A stretch of 64,000 bases of DNA from an uncultured Nitrososphaerota archaeon (GTDB taxonomy: Archaea > Thermoproteota > Nitrososphaeria > Conexivisphaerales > DTJL01). The notes beneath the pieces are model-generated. The model saw nothing but the letters and a program-made list of their open reading frames with translations, was not told where the DNA came from and searched no databases. Made by a program: the position numbers and the translations under genes. The stretch lies in assembly GCA_963842885.1 (NCBI GenBank), contig CAWJIE010000003.1, positions 288,001 to 352,000 of the forward strand, given 5' to 3'. Shown one piece after another: positions 47,633 to 57,918 of this stretch (positions are counted from its first letter, which is position 1; each line of letters starts with the position of its first letter).

Positions 47633-48991
47633 TTAAACGCTGGCTCGCGTCATGATTAGCCTGGTCAGACGCCTAGCCGCCACCACAGGCGAGGGCCAGA
47701 AGTTCTGCACAGGCGGGGAGAAATTCGTTTCAAGGTACGCCAAGGCCGATATGTGTAGCCCTTGGGAGATCATCATGGTCGCAAGGTTCCCCCACCCGGC
47801 GGCTCCAAGCCCGATGAACTGGGCGCCTAGAAGGAGGCCGGAACTGGAGTCAACGACCAACTTGGAGTTCAGGTTCCCTCCCCCGGGGAAGTATGGAGCG
47901 TACGCGTATGACGTCCCTTCGGCGACCAGAATGGGGATCCCATAGGTCTTGGCCTCCGTCTCCGACAGACCGGTGGCAGAGACCTCCAGACCGGCGATCC
48001 TCGAGGAGGTATTCCCGTAGAGTTCGGGGAGCTTCTCCTTTCCGCCAGCCGCGTTGGCGCCAGCGACCTCGCCCGTCCTCAACGCTATGGTGGCGAGCTG
48101 GATGGGACGGCTCTCGGAAACCAACTTGTTAGTCAGCTCGACGCAGTCGCCAGCCGCGAAAACACCGGGGATGTTCGTCTGTGATTCCTCGCCGACAAGT
48201 ATCCCTCCGTAGCGTCCCAAGGCCACCCCTGCCTCCCGGGCCTCCGCTGCCTCCGGCCTAATCCCGGCCGAAGCCACAACGAGTTCCGCTTTGATAAGCT
48301 CGCCATCCACCAGGACGCCTTCTGCCCCTTCGAAGCCCATAATGCTCTCAACCTTCCTGCCAAGGATGAAGGTGACGCCCCTGAAGGCCAGGGCATCTCG
48401 GACCCTGGCCGCCATGGAAGGGTCGAAGACGGTGGGCAGAACCTCAGGCATCATCTCCACCACCGTGACCTTGCTGCCCCTAAGAGTCAACGCGTCAGCG
48501 ACTTCCAGCCCGATGAGACCGGCACCGACTATCACAGCGGAGCCACCCTGCTTAGCCACCGCTGAAATAGCAACAGCATCCTCCAGCGTCCTGAGCTTCA
48601 TCACGCCAGCCCTGCCGAACCCTGGAATCGGGAGGTCGACAGCCTGAGCTCCCGTCGCCAGAACAAGAGAATCGTAACTCATGGAGTCAACTCCACCAAC
48701 CCGCCTGACGGACAACGTCTTCTCTGCGGGACTAATCTTCTCCAGAGTGGTCTCGAGGGAGAGGTTCACCTTCAGGGACTCTTCGTAGTAGGCCTTCTTG
48801 TTCAAGAAGAGGTTGGAGCTAGCTGGGACGTCGCTGGAGATGACATAGGGGAGGCCGCATCGCGAGTACTCATGGTGCGTCGAACTTTCGATGATAGTGA
48901 TTGAGGCGACTCTGTCCTGCTTCCGGGCTGCCTCCGCCGCCGTAGTTCCGGCCAGTCCACAACCTACAATAACAACCTGTCTGTTTCCCAC
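47633..48991 (-). CDS. CoA-disulfide reductase / NADH oxidase family flavoprotein
   Basis: GCGLAG, YSRCGLPY single redox Cys, GAGLIGLE, AAGDC, FSPP. Confidence 0.85.
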   Translation of the reverse strand: MGNRQVVIVGCGLAGTTAAEAARKQDRVASITIIESSTHHEYSRCGLPYVISSDVPASSNLFLNKKAYYEESLKVNLSLETTLEKISPAEKTLSVRRVGGVDSMSYDSLVLATGAQAVDLPIPGFGRAGVMKLRTLEDAVAISAVAKQGGSAVIVGAGLIGLEVADALTLRGSKVTVVEMMPEVLPTVFDPSMAARVRDALAFRGVTFILGRKVESIMGFEGAEGVLVDGELIKAELVVASAGIRPEAAEAREAGVALGRYGGILVGEESQTNIPGVFAAGDCVELTNKLVSESRPIQLATIALRTGEVAGANAAGGKEKLPELYGNTSSRIAGLEVSATGLSETEAKTYGIPILVAEGTSYAYAPYFPGGGNLNSKLVVDSSSGLLLGAQFIGLGAAGWGNLATMMISQGLHISALAYLETNFSPPVQNFWPSPVVAARRLTRLIMTRASV

Positions 48992-49025
48992 AAGTAATAG
49001 CGGGAGGAGGGTTCATTATAAATTG

Positions 49026-50222
49026 ATGGTGGGCCTAATCGGCAAGCCCAACACGGGGAAGTCGAGTTTCTTCAACGCGGCCACCCTCCTCGACGCACCC
49101 GTGGCCAACTACCCGTTTACCACCATCGAACCCAACGTAGGTGTTGCGTATATCACCAAGAAATGCATATGCAGGGAGCTGGGCGTGCAGGACAGCCCCA
49201 AGAACAGCGCATGCGTGGACGGCGTAAGGCGCATCCCGGTCAAGTTGGTGGATGTTGCCGGCCTCATCCCCGGCGCATCCAAGGGGTTGGGATTGGGGAA
49301 CAAGTTTCTGGACGACCTGAGAAGGGCCGATGCATTGATTCACGTGGTGGACGCCTCTGGTGGAACTGACAGGGAGGGCAAGGTCGTCACCGCAGGGACC
49401 GAGGATCCCATGGAGGACGTGGCGTTTGTGGAGAGAGAGTACGACCTCTGGCTGACCGGCATCCTGGTAAGAGACTGGGCGAAGATGACGAGACATATCG
49501 AGCCGGCGAAGGCCAAGGAGGCCGTCGCGGAGAAGCTGACGGGGCTGGGCGTCTCCGTCAGCGACATGCTGGATGCCGTGCGAAAGGCGCAGTTGGAGGC
49601 CAAGAAGATGGCCGATTGGAGCGACGAGGAAGTAGCACGGTTCGCTTCCGAGCTGCGCAAGTCCAACAAGCCGATACTGATTGCCGCCAACAAAGCCGAC
49701 GTCCCCGCGTCGGCGGCCAACGTGAAGAGGCTCAAGGATTCGGGTAGGATGGTGATTCCGACGTCGGCAGCTGCGGAACTCCTCCTCAGGAGGGCGGCGG
49801 AGAAGGGCCTCATTGCCTACTCCCCTGGCGATGGCTCGTTCGGGGTGAAGGAGGGAACGGCGCTCAGCCCGGAGCAGTCCAAGGCCCTCGAGTTCGTGGA
49901 CCAGAAGGTCTTGAGAATCTACGGAGACACGGGCGTGCAGAGAGCCCTCAACGAAGCTTACTACGGCTTGCTGAATGGAATCGTCGTCTACCCTGTGGAA
50001 GACGAGAACAAGTTCTCCGACAAGAACGGGAATGTCCTCCCGGACGCATTCGTGCTGCCCAAGGGCTCCACCGCGAAAGACCTTGCCGGCAAGATTCACA
50101 GTGATTTGGTTGAATGCTTCCTCTATGCGATGGACGCCAAGAGGAAGACCCGGCTCGGGGCTGAGTACGAACTGAAAGATGGGGACGTAATCAAGATAGT
50201 GGCTACATCTAGGCGGGCGTAG
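49026..50222 (+). CDS. ychF: YchF-family translation-associated ATPase/GTPase
   Basis: GKPNTGKS, ANYPFTTIEPN, DVAGL, GLGNKFL, ANKAD, TGS domain. Confidence 0.93.
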   Translation: MVGLIGKPNTGKSSFFNAATLLDAPVANYPFTTIEPNVGVAYITKKCICRELGVQDSPKNSACVDGVRRIPVKLVDVAGLIPGASKGLGLGNKFLDDLRRADALIHVVDASGGTDREGKVVTAGTEDPMEDVAFVEREYDLWLTGILVRDWAKMTRHIEPAKAKEAVAEKLTGLGVSVSDMLDAVRKAQLEAKKMADWSDEEVARFASELRKSNKPILIAANKADVPASAANVKRLKDSGRMVIPTSAAAELLLRRAAEKGLIAYSPGDGSFGVKEGTALSPEQSKALEFVDQKVLRIYGDTGVQRALNEAYYGLLNGIVVYPVEDENKFSDKNGNVLPDAFVLPKGSTAKDLAGKIHSDLVECFLYAMDAKRKTRLGAEYELKDGDVIKIVATSRRA

Positions 50223-50844
50223 TCTCGACGGCAGCTTCAGGAGCGGGTGCGGGCTGGTCCTTCGGGGCCTTCAGGAGCTTGGTCTTCCGAATGCCTAGAT
50301 GGCGCAGCATGTTGATTTTCTTGGCTTCGGCGAAGATCTCAGAGGCCGTCTTGTTCAAGACCATCTCCTGAACCAGCTGCTCGTAATCGAGCGCAGCCGC
50401 CTTCTCCTGGAGTATCTTGTCGGCGACTTCGCGGACCTTGTGTTTCCTAGAGCTGTTGATCCTTCCCTGGGTAAACGCGATGAGATAGATGCGAATGAGG
50501 TAGCCGTCCCTAGTTGTGTAGTCCTTTATTAGACCGACCATGGAGGAGCCTCTCCTGACCAAGCTTCTCATGTATTCTCGGGCGTACTCGTGGCCCCTGA
50601 AGGTGGTGAAGGCTTTGTTCCCATCGATCTTGGTGACCACAAATGAGACCTTTATCGAGTAGTGAGATGGGTCCTGCTTCAGCAGGTCATACAGCGTGGT
50701 CTGGATGACCCTGCCGATGGCCTTGTTGGCGTCAGTGGCAGGTATCCTGGCTATCTGCACGCCTCCGAAACTGCTGGGGGCAATGACTTCGAGCCAAGTC
50801 TTTTCACGCCATTTATCCTTGACTTTTGTGGTCTTCCTCGGCAT
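50209..50844 (-). CDS. rps3ae: 30S ribosomal protein S3Ae
   Basis: KDKWREKTW...GRVIQTTLYDL...EYMRSLVRRGSS...TRDGY. Confidence 0.95.
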   Translation of the reverse strand: MPRKTTKVKDKWREKTWLEVIAPSSFGGVQIARIPATDANKAIGRVIQTTLYDLLKQDPSHYSIKVSFVVTKIDGNKAFTTFRGHEYAREYMRSLVRRGSSMVGLIKDYTTRDGYLIRIYLIAFTQGRINSSRKHKVREVADKILQEKAAALDYEQLVQEMVLNKTASEIFAEAKKINMLRHLGIRKTKLLKAPKDQPAPAPEAAVETTPA

Positions 50845-50888
50845 ACCGCTACGCGATTAGCCCTTCGCTGTCAAAGATATAAACCGTT

Positions 50889-52169
50889 CTAGGCAGAGAA
50901 AGGGTGGATCCTCTCCTTGCCGCCCATGAAATCCTGAAGCGGTCTGGGGATATCGAACGAGCCGTCCGAGTTCTGGAAGTTCTCCATCATGGCGATAAGG
51001 GCCCTGCTGGTGGCGACGAGGGTAGAGTTGAGCGTGTGAACCAGGCGCGGTTCGTCGCCCATCTTGTCTCTGAACCTGATGGAAAGGCGCCGTGCCTGCC
51101 AGTCGGTGCAGTTGGAGCAGGAGACCGCTTCACGGTACATCCCCTGGCCCGGAAGCCATACTTCGAGGTCGTACTTCTTGGCGGCTGGAGCGCCCAGGTC
51201 GCCCGAGCATATGTTGACCACCCTGTAGGGGAGCCCGAGCTGCTGGAAGAACACCTCGGCCGTGGAGATGAGCCTCTCGTGCTCTGGCCAGGAGTCTTCC
51301 GGCCGGGCGAAGACGAACTGCTCGACCTTTTCGAACTGATGGACGCGGAAGATGCCTTTAGTGTCACGGCCGTGTGCGCCCGCCTCCTTCCTGAAGCAGG
51401 GTGAAACCCCCAGGTACCTTATCGGGAGCCGGCTCCCTTTCAGAATCTCGTCGGCGTGGTATGCCAAGAGAGCGTGCTCGGATGTCGTCAGAAGGTAAAG
51501 ATCTTCTCCATCCAGCTTGTAGATCGAGTCCTCGAAAGCGGTCAGGTCGACGGCCCCCTCCATTATCTCCTTCCTGAGCATGAAGGGAGGCTGCACCACC
51601 GTGTAGCCCTTCTCCTGTCCGAACTCCAGCGCAAACTGAATCAGAGCGAAATTGAGGCGAACCAGGTCGCCCTTCAGGTAGTAGAAGCGGGCTCCTGCCA
51701 CCTTCGCGCCCCTCTCCATGTCGATGATGTCCAGAGACGTCCCCAGGTCGATGTGGTCCTTGACGGGGAATCCCATCGGTCTGGGGGTCCCCCAGCGCCT
51801 TACCTCCACGCTGTTCTCATCGCCGATGCAGTCGGGCACGCTCTCGTGGACGACGTTGGGGAGACCCAGTTGAAGATGGTGGAGCGCTTCTTCCGTCTTC
51901 CTGAGCTCCTGGTCATCGTTGGAGATCTTGGCGGACACATCCCTCATCTCGGCGATCATCTTCGAAGGGTCCTGCTTCTTGGCCTTCATCACAGCCACCT
52001 CATCTGAGCAGACGTTCCTCTGGTGGCGGAGGTCCTGCAGCTCAACGATGAGCTTGCGGCGCTTTGCGTCGAACTCCAAGAGCTCGTCCAGAGGGAATTG
52101 GACCCGCCTCTTGCTCAGGTAGGCTCGGACCAGGTCAGGGTTCTCCCTGACGAACTTCATGTCGAGCAT
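50889..52169 (-). CDS. serS: Serine--tRNA ligase
   Basis: TSEH, CFRKEAG, GIFRVHQFEKVEQF, SCSNCTD, HTLN. Confidence 0.96.
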   Translation of the reverse strand: MLDMKFVRENPDLVRAYLSKRRVQFPLDELLEFDAKRRKLIVELQDLRHQRNVCSDEVAVMKAKKQDPSKMIAEMRDVSAKISNDDQELRKTEEALHHLQLGLPNVVHESVPDCIGDENSVEVRRWGTPRPMGFPVKDHIDLGTSLDIIDMERGAKVAGARFYYLKGDLVRLNFALIQFALEFGQEKGYTVVQPPFMLRKEIMEGAVDLTAFEDSIYKLDGEDLYLLTTSEHALLAYHADEILKGSRLPIRYLGVSPCFRKEAGAHGRDTKGIFRVHQFEKVEQFVFARPEDSWPEHERLISTAEVFFQQLGLPYRVVNICSGDLGAPAAKKYDLEVWLPGQGMYREAVSCSNCTDWQARRLSIRFRDKMGDEPRLVHTLNSTLVATSRALIAMMENFQNSDGSFDIPRPLQDFMGGKERIHPFSA

Positions 52170-52174
52170 CTAGG

Positions 52175-52426
52175 CTAGTTCCCCTCCGCGGAGCGGATCC
52201 CGAGAAGAGAGACCCCACATGCTTCAAACACATCATCCACGGTGGAAATAAGCGTATCTGTGACGGAGGAGGAAGCGAATGTGAGCATCAGCGTATTGCC
52301 TTTGCGCTTCATTTCGAGGGAGAGGCCCGGCGGGAAGCCGACGTTGTCAGGCTCCAAGCTGGAGTGGAGGGCTTTTGCCAGAGAGGCGTCGTCGGTGGAG
52401 ATTCGTATCCTCACGGAGGCCCTCAA
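52175..52426 (-). CDS. pcc1: KEOPS complex subunit Pcc1
   Basis: ALHSSLEPDN...LISTVDD; conserved position between DHH and serS. Confidence 0.7.
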   Translation of the reverse strand: MRASVRIRISTDDASLAKALHSSLEPDNVGFPPGLSLEMKRKGNTLMLTFASSSVTDTLISTVDDVFEACGVSLLGIRSAEGN

Positions 52427-53817
52427 GCGATGCCACTCTTGAGCTTCTCGTAGAACAGGCCGGCCTTCACTGCGGGCACGTGGGCTCCAGCGGCAGAGTC
52501 GTGGCCGCCGCCGTTGCCGCCCGCCATGGCCGCTGAGCGAAGCATGACGCTCCCCAGGTTGAGGGAGGGGAGTGCGCCTCTTCCCTTCCTGACGGAGAAC
52601 TTGATTTCGCCAGACTTCGTTATGGTCCTTAGGATGATGAGCTTCCCCTTCAACTGTGGCATGTTGCAAAGGGCGTTGGAAAGGGCCCCTGTCATGTTCT
52701 CCTGGACGATGCCGTCGCCGACCAGCTGGACCAGGGGGCCGTCCTGAATGACCCGCTCTTCGTCGGAAAGCAGGACGTGCAGGTACCTCATGATGGAATT
52801 GCGGAACTCCATCAACGTCTTCTCGGCGTCCGTCAGGGCCGCCCCACGATCGCCCATGCAGAGGGCGATGCCGAGGCCCGCCTTGTTCATGCGGCCTGTG
52901 GCGTCCAAAACGGAGGCGAAGTCACGAGCGTCCTTCAGGTACGTGCGCTCGTCCTCCTTCTTCAGGAGGTACACGTTTCCCCTAATGCCTGCCGCTTCGT
53001 CGCCGGAAATCTCGAGGTACGGAGTGAGAGTCAGTATGAGCTTCTCTTTCTCGTCCGACGAAAGCTCCGAAGCGACCCTCCAGCGGGACGCCTCCTTGAG
53101 CTCGAAGCCTGCCGTCTGCAGAGCTGCAAGACAGGCGTCCTTGTTTCCGGAGAGCCCCTGGATGTACGGGTCGAATGTCATGGCCACGGATTCGTGTATG
53201 GGCCGGACGCCCCGGCCGAAAAGCAGGAGGTCCTCAACCACCTCCATGCGGTCCACAGAGACAGCCTCCGTCGCCAGCTGTTCGTTGAGACCCAGGAGCG
53301 AACGTCTGGTTCCCTGGTCCTGCCTGTCCCCCAGAGCCCCCACCACCGACAGCCAAGCCATCGAGCGAGCGCCGCTGACCATGTTCGAAGCCAGGAAATA
53401 ACTCAGTCCGGCTCCGGACAGTTCGCGAGCACCGTCGAATCCGTACGAATTGACGTTGAAGACCCTGGGGTTGTCCCTTTCTTCGTCGGTGAGCTGATGG
53501 TGATCGACCAGCAGATATTTCCCCTTGAGATGCTCCTCGATGAGCGGGACGTGCCCGCTGCCGACCTCGCAGAGGACGTAGAAATCGAAACCCTCTCTGG
53601 AGATCTCCTCCAAGAGGCGTGGGTTGACGTCGGCTATGGCGCGAGCTGTAAAGATCCCGTCGTCCTGCGCCAGGGCCCTCGCAAGGACACCCATCGACGC
53701 GATGCCGTCGGCGTCGATGTGGCCCAACATCATTATGCTGGCCTTCTGCTTTGCTAGTTCCTTGAGATTGAGACCCTTCTCCGAAGCCGCTCGACGCAAA
53801 GCATCGACGTCAGGCAT
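52423..53817 (-). CDS. DHH-family phosphoesterase (RecJ-like)
   Basis: HIDADG, DHH, SGAG, VGALGDRQD, GGGHDSAAG. Confidence 0.9.
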   Translation of the reverse strand: MPDVDALRRAASEKGLNLKELAKQKASIMMLGHIDADGIASMGVLARALAQDDGIFTARAIADVNPRLLEEISREGFDFYVLCEVGSGHVPLIEEHLKGKYLLVDHHQLTDEERDNPRVFNVNSYGFDGARELSGAGLSYFLASNMVSGARSMAWLSVVGALGDRQDQGTRRSLLGLNEQLATEAVSVDRMEVVEDLLLFGRGVRPIHESVAMTFDPYIQGLSGNKDACLAALQTAGFELKEASRWRVASELSSDEKEKLILTLTPYLEISGDEAAGIRGNVYLLKKEDERTYLKDARDFASVLDATGRMNKAGLGIALCMGDRGAALTDAEKTLMEFRNSIMRYLHVLLSDEERVIQDGPLVQLVGDGIVQENMTGALSNALCNMPQLKGKLIILRTITKSGEIKFSVRKGRGALPSLNLGSVMLRSAAMAGGNGGGHDSAAGAHVPAVKAGLFYEKLKSGIA

Positions 53818-53827
53818 TGTGCCGGCA

Positions 53828-54277
53828 TCACGCCAGCTGTGCTACCTGTGCGCTGTACTTCCACTCCTTGGGAAGTGCACCCGTCTTCTTGTAGTACAAT
53901 GACAGGCGGTGGACGGAGGCCTCCAGGAGCTCCAGTGAATGTACGTTCTTCTTGTCGGCCCTGTGCACCTTCAGGTGAGCTTGGAGACGGCGGGCCTTTG
54001 AGATCAGGTTCCCCAAGTCCTCGGGGATGGGAGGAGCCAGACCCGCCTTCTGAAGAACTTCGGTCACGTTCTTGCCTATGAGTTTCTTCGAAAGCGGAAC
54101 GCCATACTCGTCCCTGAGCCTCACTCCGATAACGCTTGGAGAGGAGCCCTCCTTCGCCAGCTTTACGATGATCGATTCGACGGATTCCGCGTTGTAGTTA
54201 ATCCACTGGGTGGATATGATCGAGGGCGGCCGGCTCGAATGGGACTTCCCATGGCGATGACTGTGTCTCCTAGCCAT
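53828..54277 (-). CDS. rps15: 30S ribosomal protein S15
   Basis: GKSHSSRP...SPSVIGVRLRDEYGVP...PEDL...YYK. Confidence 0.95.
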   Translation of the reverse strand: MARRHSHRHGKSHSSRPPSIISTQWINYNAESVESIIVKLAKEGSSPSVIGVRLRDEYGVPLSKKLIGKNVTEVLQKAGLAPPIPEDLGNLISKARRLQAHLKVHRADKKNVHSLELLEASVHRLSLYYKKTGALPKEWKYSAQVAQLA

Positions 54278-54334
54278 GTCCTTCAAACCTCCCTAACTCC
54301 AGCATATAACAATTCCTCTTGAGCAAGGGGGGAG

Positions 54335-54898
54335 TCATCGCGTGACCCAAGACCCCAGCCTCCGGAAGGCGAGAGCACGATGAGAGACCCTGCTCTTCTC
54401 CTCGAGCGTCATCTGCGCGAAGGTCCTGCTGTGGCCGGAGGGGACGAAGATCGGATCGAATCCAAAGCCTCCTTCGCCCCTGGCCTCCTCCGAGATCGTG
54501 CCGTGTACCCTACCGGTGAAGATCCAAACTTGGTCAGGCGGCACGCCGTACGCCACTGCCGCGTCGAAATAGGCCGACCGATCCTCCTCCCCTTCGAGGA
54601 GCTTCAGGATCCCCTGATTCCCTATGGTGCCGAAGGCGTGGGACGCCAGGGCTCCGGGGAAGCCCTTCAAGGCCTTGACGCACAGCCCCGTGTCCTCCAC
54701 CACGAGGGGTCTGCCGAACGAGGGGAGGGCTGCCTCCAGAGAGGTCTTTGCCACCTTAACCGGATCCAAGCTCTGAATCTCGTCGCCCTTTACGTCCTGG
54801 CCGACGAGCACAACTCCGAACTCCTTCAGCACGAAATTGGCCTCTGCCAGCTTGTGCATGTTGGAAGTGGCCATCACTATTTCCAAACTACTCTCCAC
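54335..54898 (-). CDS. rdgB: Non-canonical purine NTP pyrophosphatase (Ham1/RdgB)
   Basis: TSNMHK, EDTGL, GFPG, GFGFDPIF, SHR. Confidence 0.94.
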   Translation of the reverse strand: MESSLEIVMATSNMHKLAEANFVLKEFGVVLVGQDVKGDEIQSLDPVKVAKTSLEAALPSFGRPLVVEDTGLCVKALKGFPGALASHAFGTIGNQGILKLLEGEEDRSAYFDAAVAYGVPPDQVWIFTGRVHGTISEEARGEGGFGFDPIFVPSGHSRTFAQMTLEEKSRVSHRALAFRRLGSWVTR

Positions 54899-55529
54899 TC
54901 CATTCGGACCTGGCGTACCTTCCCCTGCGCTCTATGTCGGCGGCTCGTTCCCATATCTGTTCCGCGACGGCGCCACCCCTCTCCTCGAAGTAGCCTCCTC
55001 TGAAGGCTTCGATGGCGCCCCTGCTAACTGGGCTGTGGGCGCTCTGGAATACCTCCTTAACCAGATGGAGGTCTACCGCCAGATCCTCGACGGCCTCCGA
55101 CCTGTGGGAGAGCCCGAAGTCAATCACGGCCATCCTGCCCTTGGAAAGGATGAAGTTGGAGGTGGTGGGATCCCCATGAACGACGCCGTGGGAATGAAGG
55201 CGCGCGAGGTAGGAGCCCATGACGGCGCACAGGTCGGTCCTGGGATGATCCCCCGCAAGAAGCTCCTTCAGCCTCGGACCTTCCAGATACTGCATGACTA
55301 TGGTGTAGGCCTTTGAATCGACATGAAAGACCAGCGGAGTTGCGACGCCCATCGCCTTCGAGGCGCTGAGGAGTTCGGCTTCATGAAGTGTCCGGGCTGC
55401 CCTCATCCGGTCGTCCAACTCCTCCTGCATGTAAAGCCTCCTGGTCCTCACCTTGAACACCGCTGGATAGTCCAGCCACCTGCCGAGGAGGATGTCGGCC
55501 TCGGCCCCCCTCCTGATCAGTCTCGCCAA
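54888..55529 (-). CDS. bud32: KEOPS kinase Bud32
   Basis: GAEA, RTLHEA, HGDPTTSN, IDFGL, VDL, RGRY. Confidence 0.93.
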   Translation of the reverse strand: MARLIRRGAEADILLGRWLDYPAVFKVRTRRLYMQEELDDRMRAARTLHEAELLSASKAMGVATPLVFHVDSKAYTIVMQYLEGPRLKELLAGDHPRTDLCAVMGSYLARLHSHGVVHGDPTTSNFILSKGRMAVIDFGLSHRSEAVEDLAVDLHLVKEVFQSAHSPVSRGAIEAFRGGYFEERGGAVAEQIWERAADIERRGRYARSEWSGE

Positions 55530-56524
55530 GGCACATCCACCGTATCCAACCGCCACGCCTGGCGCACGAAACCTGCAGATGGAATAACGGAGACGCCAGA
55601 TTCGAAATGACGCAGTCCTGCCCATGCAATCTGCGCGCCGCAGTCGCCGGAGAAGGCAGGAGGGGAACCCGCCGATTTGGCTTCCTGTCTCTTTGCGACG
55701 CAATCGATCATCGACATGAGCCTCCTGTTGGCGGAGACGCCGCCCACCACCAGGAGCTCACTCCTTTCGGAGAAGGCCAGGGCCCTTTCCGCGACTTCGC
55801 ACAGCATGGCGTAGGCGTGCTCCTGGAGAGAGTAGGCCAGATCATCGTTGCTGCTGACCCCTGCCTGGTTCTTCGCGGCCGTGAGGAGGCCGGAGAACGA
55901 AACGTCATTGCCCTTCACGACGTATGGAAGCTGCACCAGCTCCGTGCCCTTCAGGGCCATCTTCTCAATGGCCGGACCGCACGGGCTGCCCAGCCCGATG
56001 TGGCGGCCGAACTGGTCCAGCAGCTGCCCTATGGTGATGTCGAGCGTCTCCCCGAAGATCCTCCACCGGTGCCCCGCTGGGACGACGACGGCGGTGTGCC
56101 CCCCGGAGACGAGGAGGCAGACGGGCGACGACATTGAACACAGCAGAGAACCCAGCTCAAGGTGGCCTACGGCGTGGTTCACAGGGACGAGAGGCTTCCG
56201 GTAGTACGAGCTGAGGGACCTGGCCACGACGGCGCCCACCCTAAGGCAAGGTCCGAGGCCGGGGCCCGCAGAATATGCGACGAAATCCAGCTCGGAGGCC
56301 CTGATCTTCGCCCTTTGGAAGCAATCCCTGAGGACCGTAGGAGCCACTTCGGCATGATGCCTGGAGGCTTCGCGTGGATGGATCCCAGAACCGGGGGGAG
56401 CCTTGTAGACGTCCCGGCAGTCGGCCAACACCTTGCCGTCGGAGTCCATGACGGAGGCGCCGAAGGTGTGGGCGGTGCTCTCGATGCCCAGGCCCATCAG
56501 ACGGGCGCCTCGTCTTTGTGACAT
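55517..56524 (-). CDS. kae1: tRNA N6-threonylcarbamoyltransferase Kae1
   Basis: GIESTAHT, GPGLGPCL, VNHAVGH, VSGGHT, GETLD, GGVSAN. Confidence 0.95.
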   Translation of the reverse strand: MSQRRGARLMGLGIESTAHTFGASVMDSDGKVLADCRDVYKAPPGSGIHPREASRHHAEVAPTVLRDCFQRAKIRASELDFVAYSAGPGLGPCLRVGAVVARSLSSYYRKPLVPVNHAVGHLELGSLLCSMSSPVCLLVSGGHTAVVVPAGHRWRIFGETLDITIGQLLDQFGRHIGLGSPCGPAIEKMALKGTELVQLPYVVKGNDVSFSGLLTAAKNQAGVSSNDDLAYSLQEHAYAMLCEVAERALAFSERSELLVVGGVSANRRLMSMIDCVAKRQEAKSAGSPPAFSGDCGAQIAWAGLRHFESGVSVIPSAGFVRQAWRLDTVDVPWRD

Positions 56525-56594
56525 CGGGCTTCGAGCTGTTGCCGCTGAAGATAACCTTTATCTTAGATGGGCATCAAGTTGGCTCCGTCAAGGC

Positions 56595-57005
56595 ATGAAA
56601 GCGAAGTCCGCCGAAGTCTCATTCCACCTCCATATGACGGAGGATGAGGTCAGGGTTGGGGAGGCCTTGAAGGAGACCTTGGGAGTCGAGGCGACGACGT
56701 CGGAGGCTCTTTACGGTCATAACGGGAACCTCATACTGGACACCAGGGCTTCGCTGACGCAGCCGGAGGCTGAGGCGCTCCTGAGGAGAGTGCTTGGGGG
56801 GCTCAGCCCATCCGACAAGGCTCGTCTGCTAGGGGAGCTGCGGGGGCACATCGACGAGACGGGCACCTTTTTTCTGCGATTGGACAAGCAGGAGATGCTC
56901 CTGGGGCATCTCGTGATGGCGGAGTCGGACGCCATAAGGATACGGATTAGGCTCGATGGTAAGGGAGAGGGGGCCGAGGAAGTGATCAAGGAATGCTTGA
57001 TCTGA
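56595..57005 (+). CDS. Predicted RNA-binding protein (exosome/RNase P-associated)
   Basis: HMTEDE...GHNGNLI...FFLRLDKQ...DAIRI. Confidence 0.75.
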   Translation: MKAKSAEVSFHLHMTEDEVRVGEALKETLGVEATTSEALYGHNGNLILDTRASLTQPEAEALLRRVLGGLSPSDKARLLGELRGHIDETGTFFLRLDKQEMLLGHLVMAESDAIRIRIRLDGKGEGAEEVIKECLI

Positions 57006-57598
57006 ACAGCGTCGAACTGTGCATCAGGCCATCCAAGCCGTTTGGCGACTGGGTAAAGGCCTTGAAGCTGTTTGGCTATTCAGTGGTGGGCTTGGATCTC
57101 AAGGAGGATGAAGCTCTTGGGTTCCAAGTCGAGTCAGGGTATGATCTCAAGTGCTTCCTGCGGACTCCTGGCGGCCGGCTCCCTTCGGTGGATTCCTGTC
57201 ACCTGGCCGAAGCATCGAAGCGTAGGAAGCCTCCCTCCCTTTTGGTCGTCGGGCTGGCCGATGGCGTCGATGGAATCGATGCGTTCTTAGGTGCCCACCC
57301 CAACCGGGTCGAAGCCCTGGAGTTGAGCATCGGCGAGGTGCGCGTGGCATATGAGGAAGACCCCCGGAGGGCGTTCGAGTGGACCTCCAGTCTGTCCCGG
57401 GCGGCCGGAGCCAGGGGCATCCCCATCTTGGGGTCCTCCTCTGCTTTGCTCCCCGGAGGGCTCGTTACGCCCCTCACCAAGAAGGCCTTCGCTGCCATGC
57501 TGAAGACCAATCATCGCTCTGTAGGCATCCGCGAAAGGAAGTTCCTGAAGAGGCTGGAGCAGATCGCCTTGACGCGTCTGATGGTGAGTGAGAGCTGA
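56993..57598 (+). CDS. Ribonuclease P protein component 3 (Rpp30), divergent
   Basis: LFGYS...LELSI...IPILGSSSA...LVTP; upstream of Pop5-like gene. Confidence 0.55.
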   Translation: MLDLNSVELCIRPSKPFGDWVKALKLFGYSVVGLDLKEDEALGFQVESGYDLKCFLRTPGGRLPSVDSCHLAEASKRRKPPSLLVVGLADGVDGIDAFLGAHPNRVEALELSIGEVRVAYEEDPRRAFEWTSSLSRAAGARGIPILGSSSALLPGGLVTPLTKKAFAAMLKTNHRSVGIRERKFLKRLEQIALTRLMVSES

Positions 57599-57918
57599 GG
57601 CTCGTCAAGCGGTATTTCGCGGTGTTGGCTACTGGCGCCGGAGAGCATCGTCCCGGCCCCATCAGAGACAACCTCGCGCGGCTCTACGGCGTGACGTCTG
57701 CCCATGAGGTCACGCTCAAGGTGGTGGAGGCTCGCGAGTGGGGCTTCGTCCTGAGAGCGCTGATGCGCGAAGGGAGCTCCACGGAGAAGGTGGTAATGGC
57801 GTTGAGCTTCACAAGGGACGACGATGGCTGGCTGCGTCCGCTCCATTGCTCCGGCACGCTTAAGGCGCTCAGAACAAAACTTAAAGAAGCCGGGCTTTTC
57901 AGTTCAAGATCGGGATGA
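57595..57918 (+). CDS. Ribonuclease P protein component 2 (Pop5), probable CTG start
   Basis: LRLVKRYFAV...RLYG...SGTLKALR. Confidence 0.65.
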   Translation: MRLVKRYFAVLATGAGEHRPGPIRDNLARLYGVTSAHEVTLKVVEAREWGFVLRALMREGSSTEKVVMALSFTRDDDGWLRPLHCSGTLKALRTKLKEAGLFSSRSG